A DNA stretch of 63,739 nt, filler included, from Klebsormidium nitens (GCA_000708835.1; 5 parts of 5 records of this genome joined end to end with filler, not necessarily neighbours in it), one strand, 5' to 3'. Shown: positions 1-15,000, numbered from the whole stretch's first letter. The notes: a model not told the origin generated them from the letters alone. Translations and numbers: made by a program.

Positions 1-25
1 AAAATGGTCGCCCAAACTTGCCTGA

Positions 26-3000
26 ATGAGTGACCAGCCACTTGCATTTACATCTGCTGGATCCTTCTTCGTTTCCCTAAGCCTCCGCTCCTTTCGTGCA
101 GGAGCTTCGCTATCGCGCCGTGGGGACATTCCCCGGCAGGGTCGCGCCGAGAGCCAGCTCAAGCCCTGGTACGCAATTGTGCGGGATTTTCTCCAGGAGG
201 GGAAGCCTGTGGCCAACATGAACAGGGGCGAGAAACATCTTCCGCAACGCAGAGAGAGCAGGTCGCCTGCGGCGGACGCAACGAGGCAGGGTCGGAGGGA
301 AAGGAACCGTGATGCCAGAAGAGGAGAGAGGGATCACCGGAGAGAGCGGTCGAGATCCTGCGATTGGGAGGCGAGGCCAGAATATGCCTCTCCTGAACGC
401 GAGAGAAGTCTGCGGGATGAGCCGGACAGGGAGAGGAGGCAGCGGGAGAAGGAGCGTGCGCGTCCACAGAAGAGGAGGTCTCTGTCGAGGGAGAAAAGTG
501 AGAGGCGAGAGGAACGAGGGCGCAATGTGCACACGGAGAAGGAGCAAGGGGGTCACAGAGAGCGCAGGCGTGGGGACGACAAGGGTGTTTCCAAAGGAGG
601 TGAAAAGAGAAGAGGGGACGCGAAAGTAGAGGAGCGGGGCCAGGGCGATCCTATCAGCCCCCTTGTAGAGTTTGATCGTGAGGAACAGGCTTCAGAAGGG
701 AGGGGCGCCAGATCAAAACTCAGTCCGGGATTCCTGCGGAAGGACGGGGGTGAAACTCTGCAAGAGACGGCGGGCAGAAGTGTAGGGAGAAGCTCAGACA
801 AGCCGGAGAGAAGAAAGTCGGGAACAACTGGGGAGAGAAGCTCAGACAGGGCGGGGGGCCGGAGGCAAGAGGGTGGGGGGGAGAAAGATATAAGGAGCGA
901 GAGGAATGTAGAGAGGGGCAAGGGGAGAAGCTCAGACATGTCGGAGAGACAAAAGTCGGTGACAACCTCGGAAAGGGGCTCAGACAGGGCAGGGGGCCGG
1001 GGGCAAGAATCGAGAGGAAAGGAGAGGGAGAGCGAGAGAGGGGGGGTGAAAGAAGGCAGAAGTCAGGATAGCGGGAGGGCTGATAGGCCGAGGTGGACCG
1101 TAGCACTGGAAGAAAACGCGCATGAGGGTTTGAGAAAGTTGCCGGAGGTGAAGAGGGAGGAAAAGAGGACAGGTGAAGTCAGCTGCAGAGATTGCGAACT
1201 TGGAGACGACCGTCGGGGCAGAAGCGGGCGGTCCCCAATCTGGGCGGAGGAACAGCTCCCTGCATCCTCGGAGGCTTTGGAGAGGGAAGCCCGTTTTAAG
1301 GAGAAGCGGAGGAAAGATGCTGCCTATGCGGCGTCTCGCTTGAAGTTGTCCATTGTTGCAGATCTGTGGATGAGGGAAGAGGAGGATGGTATCCTTGAGG
1401 GCCCGCCAGGACGCCGAGGCGACTCAAAGAGCGCTGGAGAACCACACACTCCGAGCAGAGCGTCTGGAGGTGCGCAGGCAGGGGGTCCACATGTTGACTT
1501 TGTCAGGGAGGCTTTCGGAGGGGCCGCGATGGAGCCCTTGCGGGTGAGGGAGGACAGCCCTGCCTCGGTGGAAGCTGTGGACTCTGGCAGTCCCTGGAAG
1601 AGCAGGTCGCGTCCAAAGGTGCTGGCGCCAAAGTCATCTGGGATGGTCACGAAGGGCAACGAGAGGAGGCCTGGCGAATCCCCGGGGATAGCCACAAAGG
1701 GTGGGGAGAGGAGGCCCAGCGATGGCGGGAGCTCAGTGGTCGAGGATGGAAAGCGGACGGCTTCTGCTTTTGGCTTTGGCCAGCAGGAGGGTGGGAGCGC
1801 CAGACAGATCGGCTGCGCTGAGAAGCCTGGGGCTGCCGCTGCTGGAGTAGAGAAGGCGAATGGTAAGACAATTGGCAGCAGAATCGCCGCCGGGGAGGTC
1901 GCCACTCGGGGCCCGAGCAGGGGAGGCGCTGGTCCTGCTGGGAAGGAAGAGGCGCTCAACGGTGCAAACGGGATGCAAGATTTGGACCGGATGGCGGCGC
2001 AGGGAGTTGCGCGTGGGGACGGGGAGAGGGTGGACTTTGGGCGCTCCCTTGGGGTGTCAGCTGGGGCTGTAAAGCGGATGGAGAAGGCAGCGGGCGTGCA
2101 GAGCCCGGCCGCCAGTGTGCAGAGGCTTGCAATGTCAGGCGGAACGGGGGTTGTAGAACTGCTATTGGGCCCAAGTCAGTCGGAAGAGGACTTTCACACC
2201 GTGTTTGAGGAGGCGAGCGGACCGCAAATCAGCACGGCTTTAACAGCGCTTCAAATATATTCTGAGAGTGAGTCTGAGAGTGGAGATGAGGAAGCAGACA
2301 GACCGCTCTTTCAGAGAATGGGAAGCGAAGCGGCTGCGGCATGCCAGGGGGCGGGCGGTACCTTGCAATCGGATGGGGGGGGAAGTCTCTTGAGTGAGAT
2401 TGGGGCCGAAAACTTGGTGAGCCCACCACCGGCTGCCATCTGGGCGGCAGCGGCGGGGGGCGCCGTAGAGGAAGGGGTGGAGCAGGTAGCAGAGGTACGG
2501 GCGGAGCCTGGCAGTGCAGGCGATCAGGAGGAGCCGCTGGGAGATCAGGTAAGCAGTCTGGCATGTACTGCCCGTTCCCTTGGCTCTGTACTTCTGTTTT
2601 TTGGCCGGCCCTTGAGAGCTTCACACTACTTCAATCAACCTAAAAGCGTTTGCTCTAGACAACGTTAGTGCTCAGCGTTCCTGCTTTTGAGCGGATCCGT
2701 CGAATCCAAACAAAACGTCCCTGGAAGGTCCTTCTTGTTGTTCACTGTACTGACGACCTTGGAGGGACACGATGCGGCTGCCAGAAGATCAAAAGGGCTT
2801 TCCAAAGCCCTACCTATTTGTGTCGCTTCTCCCCTGTAATGAGCAGTCCGGCCCATCGAAGTGCCAACTTTGTCTGATCTTGACTGATCGACTGAAGAGT
2901 TTGGGCTCCCATCTCTCTCAGGGACCCCCTGCCAGCAGCAACAGTCAACCCAACGTCCCTGGTCTTGCTACCAAGGGATCGCCAGAGCCCCGCATGCCCC

Positions 3001-6000
3001 CTCTTGAGGATCCCAATACCCCTTCCCCCGTCTTTGCCCCAACCGATACTCGACTCTTTCCCCAGGCAGATAACCCAGTAAGCAGTGTTACCCCAGCGGC
3101 TTCATCGGATAAAACACCGGGGGCTGTGGACACCGGCGTGCTGATGTCAGCGAGCGCGCCGCAGGGTCCAGAGGGAACGGGGATCGAGACGGATGATATC
3201 ACTGGTGTGGCTAACGAGGGGCCAGGGGGGGACTCGGCGGAAGGAAGGCACGCGGTTGGACTGGGGGCGCTTGGTGCAGCTGCTACTGCGCCCCCGGCGG
3301 GAGGGCTCTCAGTCCCTCCTCCTGAGGTCTTGGCAGAGTCTTCCAGTGGACCTGCTGAGGAGCCGGGGGCCAGGAAAATGACAAGCGCAGGAGACCCGTC
3401 CTTCGAGGATGGGGTGGCGGTCGAGGAAGAGCTGCCTGTTTGGCAAGGGCAGCGAAGCGGAGGAGAGCAGCCAAGCGAAGGAGAGCAGCCAAGTGCCCCA
3501 ATAGAACGGCCGACAGCCCTGGACGACGAACCTGCTGACAGTGGTGCGGTGCCTGGGGAAAGGACGCCGGAGGAGGGGTCTTGTCCCGTCTCTGTTACAA
3601 ACCCTGCGGCAGTAGAAGAACAAAGCACAGCAGCCCTTGTCCAATTAGGCCAGGAGCCCAGCATCGGCCAGTGTGAAAGGGGCGGTGTCCAGCGGAGAGA
3701 TGCGCTAACAGCAGAGGAGGAACGAGAGGAATTGCCTGACGCCAGGCAAAAGGGCCCCCCTGAGGCACCGGCACAGGGGGCGCCTGAAGTAGTTGCGGCG
3801 GGGTTAGCCGACGGTGCTCCGGAGGCCTTGGCTGGGACGCCGAAACAGAATTTGGTTCCGCTCCTAGTTGCTAGGCTGCTGCCAAGCCCTACGGAGCTCT
3901 TGTCAGAATCTCTGGGGCCGGTGGGGGGTAATTTGACCGCGCAGGAGAGGCGCGGTCTAGACCTGACGGCGCTGCTTAAGAAGGGGTGGGAGACCGATCG
4001 CTGTCCTGCCCACCCTAAGCTGGTGGCAGCTCGGATCTTTTGCGTGGACTGCTCCGGTGCGGAGGGTCAGGGGATGCCTTGCTGCGCAGCTTGCAGCAAG
4101 GGAGATCACAGAGGCCACTTGGTTTTCGACGTGAGCAATTTAGAATGTCTTTCGTAATGGGCTTGATTGGTTCATCCCTAACGTGATGGTGACGTTCTTG
4201 CTGTTCACTGCACTTTCCTGGTTGAAGCGATGGATACGTTTTGAAACTGGATTGTGGGGGTTCCACATGTTGTGCAATGTTGCTTTCGCTCTTGAAGCAG
4301 CACAAGTTGAGTCCTTCAAAGCTCGGACGAATGAGCACCACTGACAAAGATCGCCCTTCAACCCGTGCAGATCAAATACAAAGACCGTGAGTGGCTGCTG
4401 GTGATGGACAATCGGCGCAACCTGAACGTGTCCGACCTGCCCTGTAAAGTAGTTGGCAGCGCAACCGGGGTGCGGATCTGGCCTCGAGAGTCTGCACGCC
4501 CGTCGTCTGCAGCCCTAACCTGCAAGGCCTGCGGTGGCTTCCTGTCTGCAAGGAGCGAAGAGCAGCTTGTCTTCTGTTCGTTGCAGTGCAAGGTGCGCTC
4601 CGAACACAGCCCGACACGCCTGCTTTTGTGCCCTTCTTTGGCTTTCGAGACTTCAGGCTTCAGACTCCGCCTCTGTTCCAACATGAGCTTGCACTCCATT
4701 TGAGTCCCAGACTGTTGCACACCCCTTTCTATGGCCTAGGCGGACGATGAAGATTGTCACCCCAATCAGACCGTCGAAGCACATTAGTTAGCATGCTACA
4801 ACACAATTAACTTCATTCTGTTGTTGTTGACAAGACTTTTTGAGTGCGCTTGTCCGTTTTCGGATGGACAAACTTCTCTTGTTCTGCCAATCCACAGATT
4901 GGAACTGGATGCTCTTGCAAGTAGTCATGTGCTCACAGGGCTATGAAAAGCTGCGTTCCCACTCACCTCCTGAGAGCATCCCTGTCACTTGTGTCAGCAA
5001 CCCTCGCCGGGATCACGTCAGACAAAGCAAGCGTTCATCTCAGGCCGCTTGTTTCGTTTGCAGATGGCAACCAACCCGAAGGCACTGCTGACCACAAGTG
5101 CGGCCGATTGCCACCTTCCCCAAGCAGAGCAGACGCAGTCAAGTACGCCAGCAGAGGAGGAAGCCACAGAGTCCAGAACGGCAGCTGGCAGGAACGGGGC
5201 GGGTCACATTGTCGCAGACGGAGGCGTGGACGCTGCTGAATTGGCTGACGCTCTCAACATCGCCGATGACGTCAGTGAAAGAGTTGCTTCGGAGGCCCCG
5301 GCGAGGGCAGCTGATACCCGGACGGACAAGGGGGCCTCTGCTGCGCGCTCACTTAGCCCGTCGGACGCCGATTGGCTGGATACGGTGCTGGAGAAGGGGT
5401 GGGAGAAACCGTGTCGTGAGCATGCGGGGGGCAAGCGGCTGTTCTGCATTGACTGCGCGCACAAACCAGGCTACGAGCGCCCAGTCTGCGCTCAGTGCGT
5501 CAAGAAGGAGCATGAGGGACACAGGGTTGTGAATGTAAGGTCTCCGGTGGATTTGTATTGTACGTGAGAGTGTAGAGCCGTGCTGCCACGCCTAAGGTTT
5601 GGCCTTGCACTGGCTTGGCACTTTTTGACAGCTACTCAGGTCCAACTCAAACAGCATTTGTTAATTCAGTTCCAAATGCAAAGACTTCTCTGAGCATAAG
5701 CGTGCGTTTGAAATGCTCCGAATGCTAACCACGCAAAGTCTCCTGCAGCTGTCCCCTGGCCATTGGTCCGCCGACTACTGGCTGCTAATGGACGGCGTGC
5801 ACGACCTCGACGTGTCCAACGTCGCCAGACGGAAGACAAACAATGCAGCAGAGAACTCGAGCGGAGCGGTGATCTGGCCGCGGGAATCCGAGCCCAAGAA
5901 CCAGACCTGTTTCAAGTGCAAAGGCTGCCGTCGCCTGGCCATGGCGCGCGGGTGCGTTCAGAAGAAGGAGCCGGAATTCTGCTCGGTACTCTGCAAGGTG

Positions 6001-9000
6001 CGCGAGTTCAGCGAGACAATGTTGAGCCCCACTGCTGTTCTTACATAACGTAGCATGACAGTGGCTTGTGCTTGAAGCTGGCATAGTGCTTATAGCGGTT
6101 GAAACAGGTTGGGCAACAGGCATGTGCTGCTTGTAGGCCAACTTTACAAGGATACTTTCTCTTACTAGCGATCGGCCTCGGTTGAGTCGCTCTGTCTTTT
6201 GACGCATGTACCTTTTGGAAGCTTGGGTGCAAGAGTTGTTGGCCGCAGTGCTTTTGAGAAGCATTTTTCTGTTCTGGTACATCAACTTTTTATAGAAAAT
6301 GGCATCTGCCGGCCTCCGGCCCACGTTCAAGTGACGTCTTTTCTGGCTGAGTGTTTCAGTCTGACTCGTTGACGTCTTCTTCAGGTTCGAGCAGTCCCCA
6401 ACATGATCCGGAAAACCAGTGTGGACGACTGTCGTCCCCAGCAAACAGGCATAAAGCAGCCAACCGCGCCTCTGAAGCGGAAGGTGCTGTCTGCCGCAGC
6501 GGGTAGACCGGATCCGCCGACAGCTGTCAGGGGTAGAGCAGGACATGTACTGGCCGGAACGCCGGCGCCTGCCGCAGCGCTGCCACCTTGTGCCGATGAC
6601 AAAACGGGTACGACGGGCGAGTCTCGCACGACTGGTCTGAACGGCGAATTTGGCCGGCTTTCAGCCAGGGCGGATTCAGAAGGGGCGGTCGGCGCTCTTG
6701 TGAAGGAATCAGCAGATGCGCCCGGGGAAGGGATAGCGGATGGCGTCGAGGAGACCGCCGATGGAGCGGCTGTTGAGCGGACAGCGATCGCAACCGCTGC
6801 TGAAACGGATGGAACCCCATGTACCAACGCGTCGGCAGAGGGGGCTGTTTCTGCAGCTGTTCCGGCCCCCCGAGAACGATACTGGGGCCCTGCGTGGCTG
6901 GAAGCGGTGCTCGAAAAGGGGTGGGAAGAGCCGTGCGACAAACACCCCCAGCCGAAGCGTTTTTTTTGTGTGGACTGCGCTGGTTTGCGAGGATGCGAGC
7001 GGCCGGTCTCCGCGGGCTGCTTCGACAAGAAGCACAAGGAGCACAACACGATAGAGGTAAGGGCCACGTTACTAAAATGTTAAGGCGATGCGGGTCTGCC
7101 GACATCCTTACTGCTATATGGTCTAATGCCTAGGCAATCCGTCTGCTTGCAGTCGTATCCACACTCCGTCCTTCTGATGGGTTGACGAAAGCTGTGGCGA
7201 AACCTGTCAATCAGAAGCTGATGCACCAGCTGTATGCTTCGAATGACAGTGAACCCATTGAAAGGACGGAGTATGGATCTCACCGGAACCCGAAGTCGCC
7301 GGTTTTCAGAAACTTAGATTGAGGCCATTGATTCGGCTGGAGCAGTGCTTGATGCTCGTACCTCCGTATCCTCGATACCTGACTCCCAAACCCCAGCTTT
7401 TCTGCAGTTGAGAATTAGAGATGGTGTCTGGCGTCTGGTGGACACAGGCCTTGGGGAGATGGAGGTTTCCGACCTTCCCAGACGAAAGCTGCCGGAGGGG
7501 CCTTACGGGGTCCCGATCTGGGCGGTACAGTCCTCGAAAAGGACGACAAGCGTCGTCCTCTGTCAAGGCTGCTTCGGTCCAGCCAGCTTTCGGAACGACC
7601 CAGCGCGCACCTTCTGTTCGCTCGAGTGCAAGGTCTGTCGTGTCCTCTTTTCCTTCTTCTCGTTTGTGGACAACCTGAGAATTGCATCGTGTCGCTGCTC
7701 TTTGGGCACGTTGCCGAGGGCAGTGAGGCCTTCTGCATCGAGCAAATCCGTGGAGCGGCAAATCCGTCCTGCAACGGTTTCAATCTTGTGCACAAGGCGG
7801 ACTCTCGATGCTTTCCGAATTGGGACTTTCCTGCTCGTTTCTCCTGGTGAAGCTGTTGATATCTGATTTGAGTCGTCGATCTGGTTGTCGTCCGCAGGTT
7901 CTCTCTTGAGGCGGTGCTTTACTTTCCCTTCTTTTGCTTCAGTCTGCTTTGCTCTCGCTCCGCAATTTCTTCGCAAGACCTGCGCGTACATCCAACACCA
8001 CATATGCCACCCACCTGCCAATTTCGATCCGCAATGTAAGGTCCGAGATCTTGCGGTCCTGTGAGTCGGACCTCTTCATCAAACATCCCGATGCAATCCC
8101 GGTAGAACGCCTGGCGTGGTACTCAAAGCTGTGGAGAAAAGTGTAGAAAAGGTTCATTCAGTTTACAGAGGCTTATGTGGTAACATAAAAGTGTGGTACT
8201 CACACCAATAAATACATCCTCGTTTCTCGCGTGTCTAATCATTGATCAGCAAACTGCCTGAATACCCGTACCCTTAGTCCCACACCTGCTTGATAGTTTC
8301 GGCTTTCCTTTCCAACAGGCCCGCACGGACCCCAAGTCAGTGCGCCCCACCAGCACCGACCCCTCGCCTGGTCCGCCAGCAGAGTCGGAAGCGCCGACTG
8401 AGCTCCCGATGGAGGTTGCTGGAGAGATAGAAGGCCTTCGAGCAGTTGGCTTCAAGTCTATCAACGCTCTTGACTTGAGGGGCGAGGAGGCTGACGGCCT
8501 CACAGGACGGACTTGGCGCAAAGCCAGTCTCGCCACGGACGGTGCTCGAACGGTCGCGGAACAGGGAGTAGATTGCAGCGGGGGGGAGCAGCTGGAGGCG
8601 GCCGCCCTGCTGGAGGACCCCCCGACTGCGGACCGAGGTGACGAACCTAGGACCGGCGACGTCATCTTGGCGCAAGAAACGACGGCTGTGGCAGCAGAGA
8701 AGCAGACGACGGGAGGGCATGCAGAACGCCGGGAGACGGAGAACGGAGATGGGGACATGGAGACGCCGGAAGGGCTAGCTGAGGCTGCCCCGAGAGGGAC
8801 CGCCGAGAGGCCAATGAAGGCGGCCGTGGATTCTTCTGCCGCGGCAAGAGAAGGCGGGGGTGGGGCCGCTGAAGAGACGGTCGCTCTGTTGGCGACCGCA
8901 GGAGATGCTCCGGGCCAGAGTGCAGGCAGTGCGAGTGGGGCGGAGGAAAACGATGGGCTTGCAACGAGGGAAGCCGTCCCGCCTGGAAGTCTAGGAGTTT

Positions 9001-12000
9001 CGGGGGCCGGGTTAAGCAACGCAGCTGTCACGACGGTGCCTCATCCGCCTCTAGAGGGGACGGAAAAGCTACCTGCGAGCACAGGAGCGCCTGGCGAAGC
9101 GATGGCGATGTCCGATTGGCCGGTAGAGGGGACAGCGGATGGGGGAGAAGAGGCGGCGAGAAGTGAAGTGGGAGAGAAAGTTGTTGACGGTGTCGGGGAG
9201 GGGCTGGGGCCTGTGCCTGCGGCGGGAGGAGGGACGGGGAGCGGAGGCGCGGAAGGTACGCTGGCAGAAGGGGGCAGCGACGCAGCTGTGCAGAACGTTG
9301 ACGACGCCCCCTTTACGGTTGAGGACGCTACGGAGACAGTACTCACCGCCAGCGAAGAAAGGGGCCGGATTCTTGAGGGAGGTGAGGGTCAAGTTTACAA
9401 GAGCGAGAAATCAGCCGATGGATTGGAAGAGAGAGCCGACGGGGTAGCAGGGGGGATGGCTCGGGCGCCTGGAGAGGGGGCTGCAGAAGTTACGGCTGCT
9501 GACGCTGGCGCGTCCGCCGAGAAGGTCGCCGAGGGGGATCCCTCTGCTGATGCAGCTGCTACGGAGATCCCTGCAGCAGGCCCGCGGCGCCACTGGGGCC
9601 CCGACTGGCTGGAGACGGTGTTTGAGAAGGGGTGGGCGAAGCCGTGTTCGACGCACAAGTATGGCAAGCTGGTGTTTTGCCTTGACTGCGCCGGCACGAC
9701 CCAGCAGACCCGCCCGACGTGCGCCGGTTGCTTGAGAGGGGATCATCAAGGCCACGAATTAGTAGAGGTACGGAGTTGTGGGGGTCTTCTGATCTGCTTT
9801 TGTGTTCTGGAGCCTGCTTATATCTCCTGGCCTCGCAAATCCTGCCAGAATTTTGAGCACCGCAGTCTTCTGGGCGTTAAGTCAGCTGCTCGCCGTAAAT
9901 TAAGGAGGAGACGGACGACATTATGGAGCCGTGCCGTGTCCCTTCTACGGCATATCTAAGTCTGCGCTTCATCCCCTTGCTTTCACAGCTCACAATTCTA
10001 AGCACAGCTACCAAGAAACTCAGGGAGTGGACCCAGAGTTTTAAGAAGCGGAGAATCCAAGAACCCACAAGTCAAATCACCCGAACACCTGCAAATCACC
10101 TCGATCTGTTGCAGCTTGAAAGAACAGACTCCCAAGTGCACGTTCAGAGCCTTTTTGCATCGCAAACTTAGAAACCCTGATTGCGCAGATGCGAGTCCAA
10201 GACCAGGTCTGGATGCTGGTCGACGGCACACACGACTTGGACGTCTCCAGAATCTACGCAAAGAAGGGATCGGGCTGGAGCGGGATGCCCATCTGGCCGC
10301 GCCACTTCCAGACGCGGCAAACTGGCAACCTCTGCCTGTGCTATGGCTGCGGCGTACAGTGGCCGTTCAGGGGCGGCGAGGTGCCGGCGTTCTGCTCGGT
10401 GCTGTGCAAGGTGCGTCAGAAATGGTCTTGCCCAGGCGTGCACCCGGTCACTAGAGTTTGAAGTTAGCAGCTAGCTTTGCAGTTGGATTGGTTTCTTTTT
10501 ATGGTTAGAATACATTTCCATACACCAAAACATTTCCGCTTCAGAAGCATCTACGCAGCCAAGAAATATGCTCTTTACTTTGCTACGTTTTCAAGCAGCG
10601 CAAGAGCTGGTTAATTCATCCACAGAAGATTTCAGGCCGACTTCAAAAACCGTCTTACTTTGTTGATGCTTGTGTTGACAAGTGTCTGTACGGAGTCCCG
10701 CATTTCTTGAAAAGTGGCAGAGACGTTGCGAGCTCTTGATGCTTTGCTCTGAGCCAAAAGAGTCTGCTCAGAAACTTGCAGAACAGACATTTTGATGGCT
10801 TTGTTAAGACATTGGCGAGGTGCTCCACTGACAGACTCTGGTGAAGTGTGTTTTGTCGCGCTTCTAGTGCCACTTGTAGCCTTCATTTGGCAACCTGCCT
10901 TACCCTCCGTAGTCTTTGACGTGTCTTTCTCCTTTCAGGCCCGAACCAACCCCCACTCAGTCTCGACGTACGAGTACCGGGCTCAACAGATTGAAGCAAC
11001 GGATAGACGCGTGGCAGCCGGCCGGATAGCCGCTTGTGCTCCGCTGGGCATAAGTGATCCCCTCGTGGACCTGGACACAGGCCCTGAGGAAACGGGAGCT
11101 CAGAGAGCAAAGGCTCGAAAACCAGCGACGGAGGACGCGGAGTTGAGCCCCGGAAGATCGGGCGTAGAGGAACCGGGTACCGAAAGGCCGGGCGTTGAAG
11201 AACCAGGGACTGCCCGCTGTGCAGAAGGCGCGTCACATAAGGGGCCGCTGTCGCGTGACCGGGACGGAAAGAAGCGGGAAGAGGGGATTGACGACGGCGC
11301 AAGGGCAAAGGGGGTGGAGAGTGCGGCGACATCCGAAGGAAGGGTTGATGCTGCGGCAGCAAAGCGGGCGCTCGTTGGATTCCGAGTCGGCCGGGAGCTG
11401 CCACGTGGCACGATCGTGCTCATCACCGTGGGGCCGAAGCGCATGAAAAATGTCCCCGGCTTCCACAAAAAGCAGGGAGTTGTGATCGAGGCGCAAGCTG
11501 ACGGGACCCATAAAGTGGTGAGGCGCAGGGCTTGCCTCTCCTGACAGCCTAAGTTCGGCATATCTAGAAGTGTAGGTGGCCACGGGTGGAAAGGTTCAGA
11601 GTTTTGAACCCGAGAAAGCGCCCACGTTGTAGAAGTGAAACACTGGCTACGTTCTATAGGCAGGGGGAGTAGTCATCTCGGGTGCTCCGGCAGTTTGCAA
11701 ACCGTTGACCGGATCTGCTTTGAAGCAAGCCAAGGTCGAAAGCTCTTTGTCTGTACAGACGGAGAAGGTTGCACCAAGGACTTGGAGTGCTTGCGTCTCG
11801 TTTGAGCGCTGCTTTCTACAGGCTAAAGTACCGGGTCAAAAGTGTCAGAGTGCTTTTAGCATCACTTTCTGAATGCTTAACGACCATCGTTCTTGTTTTG
11901 CCCGCAGTTCCGTGGAAAGGCGGTCTGCAAGTGGAACCGGAGTTTTCAACGGAGTGAGCTCCAAGTCATGGGCATTCCAAAGGGCCATCACCTTCGCGCA

Positions 12001-15000
12001 AAGGATTTTGAGAAGGGGTCATGGGACGGAAAGATGACTGCCGAAGAGATCACGAACGGGGCCGGCCTCTTAGACGCAGACGGCCGTAGTTTCTACAAAC
12101 TGCGCAAGACTCTCGTGTCGGCTGGGGAGAAGGAGAAAGCAGGAGTGGAGGGGAGTGACGCGAGCAGATGGGGAGATGACATCAGTGAGGGCGGCGTGGT
12201 TCTGGGCAAGAGGAGACAGAGCGGCTCGGCAGGAGAGTCGCACGACGATGAGGGGGGGAGGAAGATGAGCTTGAAGAAAGTCATGGAAGCATCGGACGCG
12301 TCGAAGAAGAAGCCGCGGGGCGGGGCCGCGAACAGCGCGCAGGAGGCAGCTTTGAAGAAACCTGCTCCAAAAGCTTCGGAAAGGAGGGTGTCTCGAGAGC
12401 TTTTGTGCATTGTCGGCGATGTTGATCTGGTTGCTAGGGAGGAAAGGCGGGCAACGAGAGCGAGAGCAAAAGATCCCCAACCCGCTGTCGGCACGGGGCG
12501 CAGGGGAACGGGGGGAAAGCGGAAGCTGGACAGAGCGGTCGAAGCGCCCAAGGAGAAGAAGGCGAGAAGTGCGGGGGATAATGAAGGCGACGAGCAGGCC
12601 AAAGGAGGAGCAGAGACACCAAACCGAGAAAGCGGTGCGCTGAAGCTGTTCACGGGGGGCATGACGGAGCTTGCGGCTCTCCTAGCGAACCTCGGCAACG
12701 AGGGCATCGGTCTCGGTCTCGATGCGCATGCCGTTCTGGCGGGTGCGGCGGATGTCGTCAGCGCGAGCGCGGCTGCTGACGTCAGCGGGAGCGCGGCACT
12801 AGCGCAGACCGTAGCACCACCGGCCGAGGCTGCGTCGCAAGGGGGGGCCGAACCGGGAACGACGGTGGTTGACTTGGATCAAGACGAGCCATCTTCAGAA
12901 GATGCGACCCCCAAGAAGAGACAACGGAGAAGCGCGCCAGCAGCGTACCCGCTCCTAAGCGATGGCGTGCAACTTTTGGATCGGTCGAGCAAGCGGGCGG
13001 CTGCAACCAAGGCCTGCCAGAAGATCAAGCAGAATCTGATCCGAGAGCGGATCCCGATAACCGACGACGGGGAGCAGGTGCCTCAGGAGAAGGCCGAGCC
13101 AGTCCCTCAGGCAGCGGCAAAAGCTCTGGCCGTCCCGAACCGGGAGACCGAACCCCACGGTTTAAAGGCGCCCCGCCCACCTACGGCGCCGCCAGCGGGG
13201 CTGTGCTGGCTCGGAAGTGGGCGGGTGGCCCCAACTGGGGGGTCGCTACCAGGGCAAATGCAGGCCCCCGCGAGTGCTCACCCTGCAACTTCGAGCATCG
13301 GGCACTGGGCACCTTTTAAACTTGGGGACCCAGTGGCCGATCAGTTTGCGTCGCAAATCCTAGCCACCAGCTTCCGAGCGTCCCGCAATGCCTCCAGGGA
13401 CCCATCGGACAGACTAATTATCTTCAGGACTGAGACAAGCCTCGTCGTCGGCGGCCGCGTGACTGCGGCAGGGGCTATACTCCTGGATCAATGGGGCTTG
13501 CAGCTGCATCGGATGGGTTTTCCTGGCGTCGTCGTGGATCGATCTGCAAAGACGGTGGTCAGTCTGCTCCCCGTTCCAGTGCCTTTTCCCGGAGCGCCCA
13601 TAGCCAGCGTATTCTCACCCGCAGTCCAAAAGGGTGCCACTGCGGAGCTCCAAGCCCGAGGGTCAGCCGCCCCTGCAACCGAAGTGCCGCCACTCATCCC
13701 GAGCCGACAAACGAGCGACCAAGAACCCGTTCTCGGCCCCGGGGCAATGCGGAATGGAGCTCCGAGCGTTCCGACATCAGTTGCGCAGCCTGTGACTGCC
13801 CAACCGCCTCCCCCGGAGCGCATCCCAACTCCAAGTCCGAGAGCGGGATCGATCCCCCCTGAGGAAGGGGTCGGTCCAAAGGGCAAGAGACAGAGCGCCG
13901 CGACAGTTGCGTGCCTGGCACTAGGGACTCCAAGGGAATGGAAGCGCCAGAGGCGGGCGGAGGAGGAGTGTAGCCCTGCCGCGGAGGGCTCCGAGGTGCG
14001 CTCAGAAGATCTGAGTGAGGCTGCCGAATTGGAGCGACACGAGGCAGAGGGGACCGGTGGCCCCGTCCCGTCGGATCCGGTCCTGGTGTCCCCCCCGCCT
14101 GCGGATTCGACGGAGCTGCCGGATTCGAAAGAGTCGCAGCTAGGGATGGGGCCGCTGGGAATCGAAGCCGTGCCGATTCCTCTGGAGGAGCCGCATGTGA
14201 GGCCCAAGAGAAATGCGCGCGTCGAGACCTCGAAATTGGCAGCCCCGCCGGCGGCAGCTCGGTACGCTGTCATACGTACGCGGCCCGCGAAAGGGGGCCC
14301 GTTCGCCACTGAGAAGATCATCGCGGCCCCGGACGCGGGGGTCCACGAATCCCTGGGTGAAAAGCAGTCAGGCCCGCCAGCCCAAGAACAGACTCGTCAA
14401 GGCGAAGTGGGGGATCCCCCAGAGACTGGCCCGCCGACGATGCCAGTGACGAAGCGAAAGGGTAGGCCGCCCAAGAAGAAGCTCGACGAGGCCGTGGCGG
14501 CGCCCGCCGCTGACGTCACCGGCGGCGCTGACGTCAGCAAGGGCCACTCCAGCGGCGCTGATGTCGGCAAGGGGGCCGCAACACCCGCTGCCCACACCCC
14601 CCAGAAGAAGAGGTCCCAAGGGGGCAAGCGGCCGCAGGAGAAGGCGGCGGGGGCGGCAGGCGCGGCGGCCGCTGACGTTGGGGTCACGCATGCTGACGTC
14701 AGCATGACGGAAGCAGCGGCTGTTGCAGCGCCCCTAGTGGTTCCGAAGGCGGCAAAAGGGGGCAAGGGGAGGGGTCTGCAGCAGCAGCAGGCGGGCCGGA
14801 GCATGAGCGCCGTTGCGGGGGGGGCAGCTCACAATGCCATCGTTCCCAGGGGGGCAGTTTCTGCGGTGGGAGAGGGGGGGGCGGCGAGCAACGGGGCTGC
14901 GAACGGGAAGAAGCTGGTAGTGGCAGGGGGCCGGCGCGTGGTGAACCTGCCAGCGTTTCTGCTGGACTCGTCGGATGAGGAGAGTGACGATGAAGAGGAA

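Noticed and set aside
787-1000. Repeated GGGAGAAGCTCAGACA and ADV-encoding GCTGACGTC motifs (14509-14700)
   Set aside because: Ordinary short coding duplications in disordered linkers.
110-14804. Many minus-strand and off-frame ORFs over the PLATZ gene
   Set aside because: Shadow ORFs from GC-rich, stop-poor coding sequence, with no motifs.
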